From a bacterium (lineage in GTDB: Bacteria > SAR324 > NAC60-12), in contig OZ242383.1 in the NCBI GenBank assembly GCA_965209155.1, positions 1,376,001 through 1,440,000 of the forward strand: a DNA stretch of 64,000 bases. Direction: 5' to 3'. The position numbers and the translations under genes were made by a program. Below, piece by piece: positions 61,370-64,000 of this stretch. Below the pieces are notes generated by a model, which saw nothing but the letters and a program-made list of their open reading frames with translations, did not search any database and was not told the DNA's origin. The first letter of the stretch is position 1, and each line of letters starts with the position of its first letter.

Positions 61370-64000
61370 TTAAGTTCCTGGGGTGATCCGAATTCCGTAC
61401 TTTTTCAATTTGTTGAAGAGGGTGGCCCGAGAGATCCCCAGGGCGGCAGCGGTTTTTACCTTGTGGCCCTGGGAATTTTTCAGGGCATTGAGAATCGTCG
61501 CTTTTTCATAATCCGCGACGGCTTGATCCAGCGCCATTTTCCTGGGATTGATGCTATCTCCGAAATTTGAAGTTTCGCTGATTTTGGAATTTATCCGTTC
61601 TCCCAAAAAATCAATCTCTCCCAGGGTGACATAGCGATTCAGGGTGTTTTGCAGCTCCCGGACATTGCCCGGCCAATCGTAGCCCTGCAGGGCTTGCAGA
61701 AATCCTGGTGTGATGGGCTTTCCTTTTTGAAGCGGTGCCGTGGATTTCAAAAAATGCTCGACCAGCAGGGGGATATCCTCTTTTCTTTCCCGGAGCGGGG
61801 GCAGGCGAATGGGAAGGACATGGATCCGGTAATAGAAATCTTCTCGAATTTGCCCAGTCTTTACCCGATAACTCAGGTCCTGGTTTGAAGCCGCAATGAA
61901 GCGGATATTGGGCTTGATGACCTCGGTGGTGCCAAGCGGGGTAAAGCCGTTACCCTCCAGGACACGAAGCAGTTTAACTTGCAGGTTCAGCCCGATTTCG
62001 GCCAGTTCATCCAGGAACAAAGTGCCTTTGTCGGTCAGGTGCAAAAAACCTTGCTTATCATTGTCAGCCCCGGTGAAAGCGCCTTTTTTGTGTCCGAAGA
62101 ACTCGCTCTCGATCAGGTTTTCGGGGATGGCCCCGATGTTCACCGGAAAAAAAACCTGCTCCTTGCGGTCACTGGCCTCGTGAATAGCCTGAGAGACCAG
62201 TTCTTTCCCGGTTCCCGATTCGCCATAGAGGATTACGTTCATATCGGTGGCCGCCGCTTGTAAAATCAACTCGTATACCCGTTGCATGGGCTCGCTTTTT
62301 CCGATAATGTCACCAAACCGAAAGCGGTCTTTGATGTTAGCCTTCAGACGGACATTCTCCTCACGCAGAGAGGTTTCGCTCGCTTTCAGCTCGTCCAGCG
62401 CCTTTTTGAGGTTTTCGTGAAGTCTGGCATTTTCCAGGGAAATGGCGATCTGGGAGGTGAGGTGTTTGATCACCTCGAGTCGCCGGGAGGTGAAGGCTCC
62501 CTCAACCAGGTTATTTTCCAGGTAAATGATTCCGCTCAAGGCGGACTGATGAATGATCGGTGCGCACAGGATGGATTTAGGACGCTCCCTCCGGATATAG
62601 TCATCCTTGGCAAACCGTTCTTCCCGGGAGGCGTTGTCCAAAACCAGGTGTTCCCGGGTTTGTTTCACCCAGTAGATGACCGATAGGGAGAGGGAGAAAG
62701 CCTTTTCCACAGGCAGGGAAAGCGGTAGAAAACATTCAACCTGCTCGACGCTCCCGTGGGCAGCAATGAGAGACTGACCTTCGGTTTCCAGTATCAGGGC
62801 TGCTGTCTGGGCCCCGGCATTTTCCATGAGAATGCGGAGCAGGATCTCCAGCAGTGATTCCAACTCGAGGGTACTGGAGATAGCCTCCGAGGCTTTGAGC
62901 ATCGTCGCCAGGTCCAGGTTGGCCGATGGGGACGCCACTGCTTCGGTACGATCATCGGAAATCAGCCCGGGATATCGAGACTTCAGGTGCGCGACCTTCC
63001 GTTTTGCTCCCCAGACTTCGTATTTCTCCAATGCTGAGCGCAGGTAAGTGCCGGCGGCGTCGTTCTGCCCCTGCTTGAGCAAGTACCTGGCTGCCAGTTC
63101 ATTGGCCAGGGCTTCCTCGTGGATAAACTCGCTCTCCCTGGCCAAAGCGATGGCCTGGTCATAATGGGACAGGATCGCATCGCTTTCACCCTCCAGAACC
63201 CTCATCCGCTCGGCTTCCACCTGGTGGTATTTATGCAAATAATTAGACGGTGCGCAGCGAACCAGTTTCTCCAACGTATCCTGATTGTCATCGACCTGGG
63301 TGAGGATCTCTTCCCTTTCCGCCTCAGACCCCTGGTCGTAAACCGCCAGGAGAGCGAGGGACAGGTAGCAGTTGGCCAGGGGATCAAAAAGGGAATCCTT
63401 GTAGGTTTTCATCAGGTTGATCATTTCAAAAACCGTCTCCCGGGCTGCTTCGTATTCTTCGAACAGGTATTGCAGCACCAGCTTTTGGTAATTAAAACTG
63501 CTCTGTTCACGATAGACATACCCTGCACCCGTCACCCTGTGGTATTGATCCATGATGCCGCTTGACAGGCTCACAGGTTCCTCCATCAGAATCATGACTG
63601 CCTTCGCCAGCATTTCGACCTGGGGAGACCCGAGAATATAATCGATCTTCTCGAGAGCAAGCTTCAACTTCGACAATTCCCCTTTCAGCCAATTCAGCTC
63701 TTTCCCGCACATAAAGGCAATCTGACACCTTATGACGGCGCTACGACCGGCATAGAAGAAATCTCCCGTTTCGATTCCCATCTTATGAGCTTCCAGCAAG
63801 GGCTCCAATGACGCCGATAGCGGCTCCCGGTAGGACCGGATCCCACCATTGAAACCCCCGGAAACTTTACAGTTTATTTCCTTCAGATCAAGCGCTTCCA
63901 TGAGCTGTATGCCCAGACGACCGAGTTCATAAGCAAATTCAAAATCCTGCGTAAACACGCAATATATAAATCCAAGGAGACAATAGAATTCGGGTGATTG
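61370..64000 (-). CDS. Large TPR-GAF-sigma54 activator-Fis HTH protein (5' end beyond window; probably kinase-AAA at the N-terminus)
   Basis: EEALANELAA TPR, GAF (YLENNL..GAFT), GESGTGKE, GAFTGA, LFLDE, WPGNVREL, ISRATLFNKLKKY. Confidence 0.9.
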   Translation of the reverse strand, partial: QSPEFYCLLGFIYCVFTQDFEFAYELGRLGIQLMEALDLKEINCKVSGGFNGGIRSYREPLSASLEPLLEAHKMGIETGDFFYAGRSAVIRCQIAFMCGKELNWLKGELSKLKLALEKIDYILGSPQVEMLAKAVMILMEEPVSLSSGIMDQYHRVTGAGYVYREQSSFNYQKLVLQYLFEEYEAARETVFEMINLMKTYKDSLFDPLANCYLSLALLAVYDQGSEAEREEILTQVDDNQDTLEKLVRCAPSNYLHKYHQVEAERMRVLEGESDAILSHYDQAIALARESEFIHEEALANELAARYLLKQGQNDAAGTYLRSALEKYEVWGAKRKVAHLKSRYPGLISDDRTEAVASPSANLDLATMLKASEAISSTLELESLLEILLRILMENAGAQTAALILETEGQSLIAAHGSVEQVECFLPLSLPVEKAFSLSLSVIYWVKQTREHLVLDNASREERFAKDDYIRRERPKSILCAPIIHQSALSGIIYLENNLVEGAFTSRRLEVIKHLTSQIAISLENARLHENLKKALDELKASETSLREENVRLKANIKDRFRFGDIIGKSEPMQRVYELILQAAATDMNVILYGESGTGKELVSQAIHEASDRKEQVFFPVNIGAIPENLIESEFFGHKKGAFTGADNDKQGFLHLTDKGTLFLDELAEIGLNLQVKLLRVLEGNGFTPLGTTEVIKPNIRFIAASNQDLSYRVKTGQIREDFYYRIHVLPIRLPPLRERKEDIPLLVEHFLKSTAPLQKGKPITPGFLQALQGYDWPGNVRELQNTLNRYVTLGEIDFLGERINSKISETSNFGDSINPRKMALDQAVADYEKATILNALKNSQGHKVKTAAALGISRATLFNKLKKYGIRITPGT

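Overview
Bacterial chromosomal window that is probably from a Deltaproteobacteria/SAR324-like organism (inferred from gene content, not established). It has two parts. (1) About 1-23.5 kb is a lower-GC housekeeping backbone: mtnP end, priA, glmS plus an archaeal-type GlmU-like gene, cmk, a TPR protein carrying a perfect parS palindrome, recA, cca, smpB, dprA, a ccmA-like ATPase, a U32 protein, der and gyrB. A small accessory patch interrupts it (HNH and IS remnants, a MORN lipoprotein with an internal amber stop, a BamHI/BglII-like type II R-M pair). (2) About 23.5-64 kb is a mosaic, heavily eroded catabolic island. It holds many oxidoreductases and hydrolases, several toxin-antitoxin modules (some decayed), IS5, IS66 and integrase remnants, several MITE/REP families, and two paralogous AglEFGK-like sugar ABC transporters. 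The most coherent story concerns these two transporters. Each lies downstream of a giant (kinase)-AAA-TPR-GAF sigma54-activator gene. Copy 2 keeps an apparently intact activator and a recognisable sigma54 promoter with tandem palindromic enhancer sites and an IHF box. In copy 1 the activator is a multi-deletion pseudogene and the promoter region has been replaced by an IS66-derived cassette carrying sigma70-like boxes, which also occurs in front of a second operon. No rRNA, tRNA or CRISPR array was seen. All product calls come from motif recognition by eye, with no database search.
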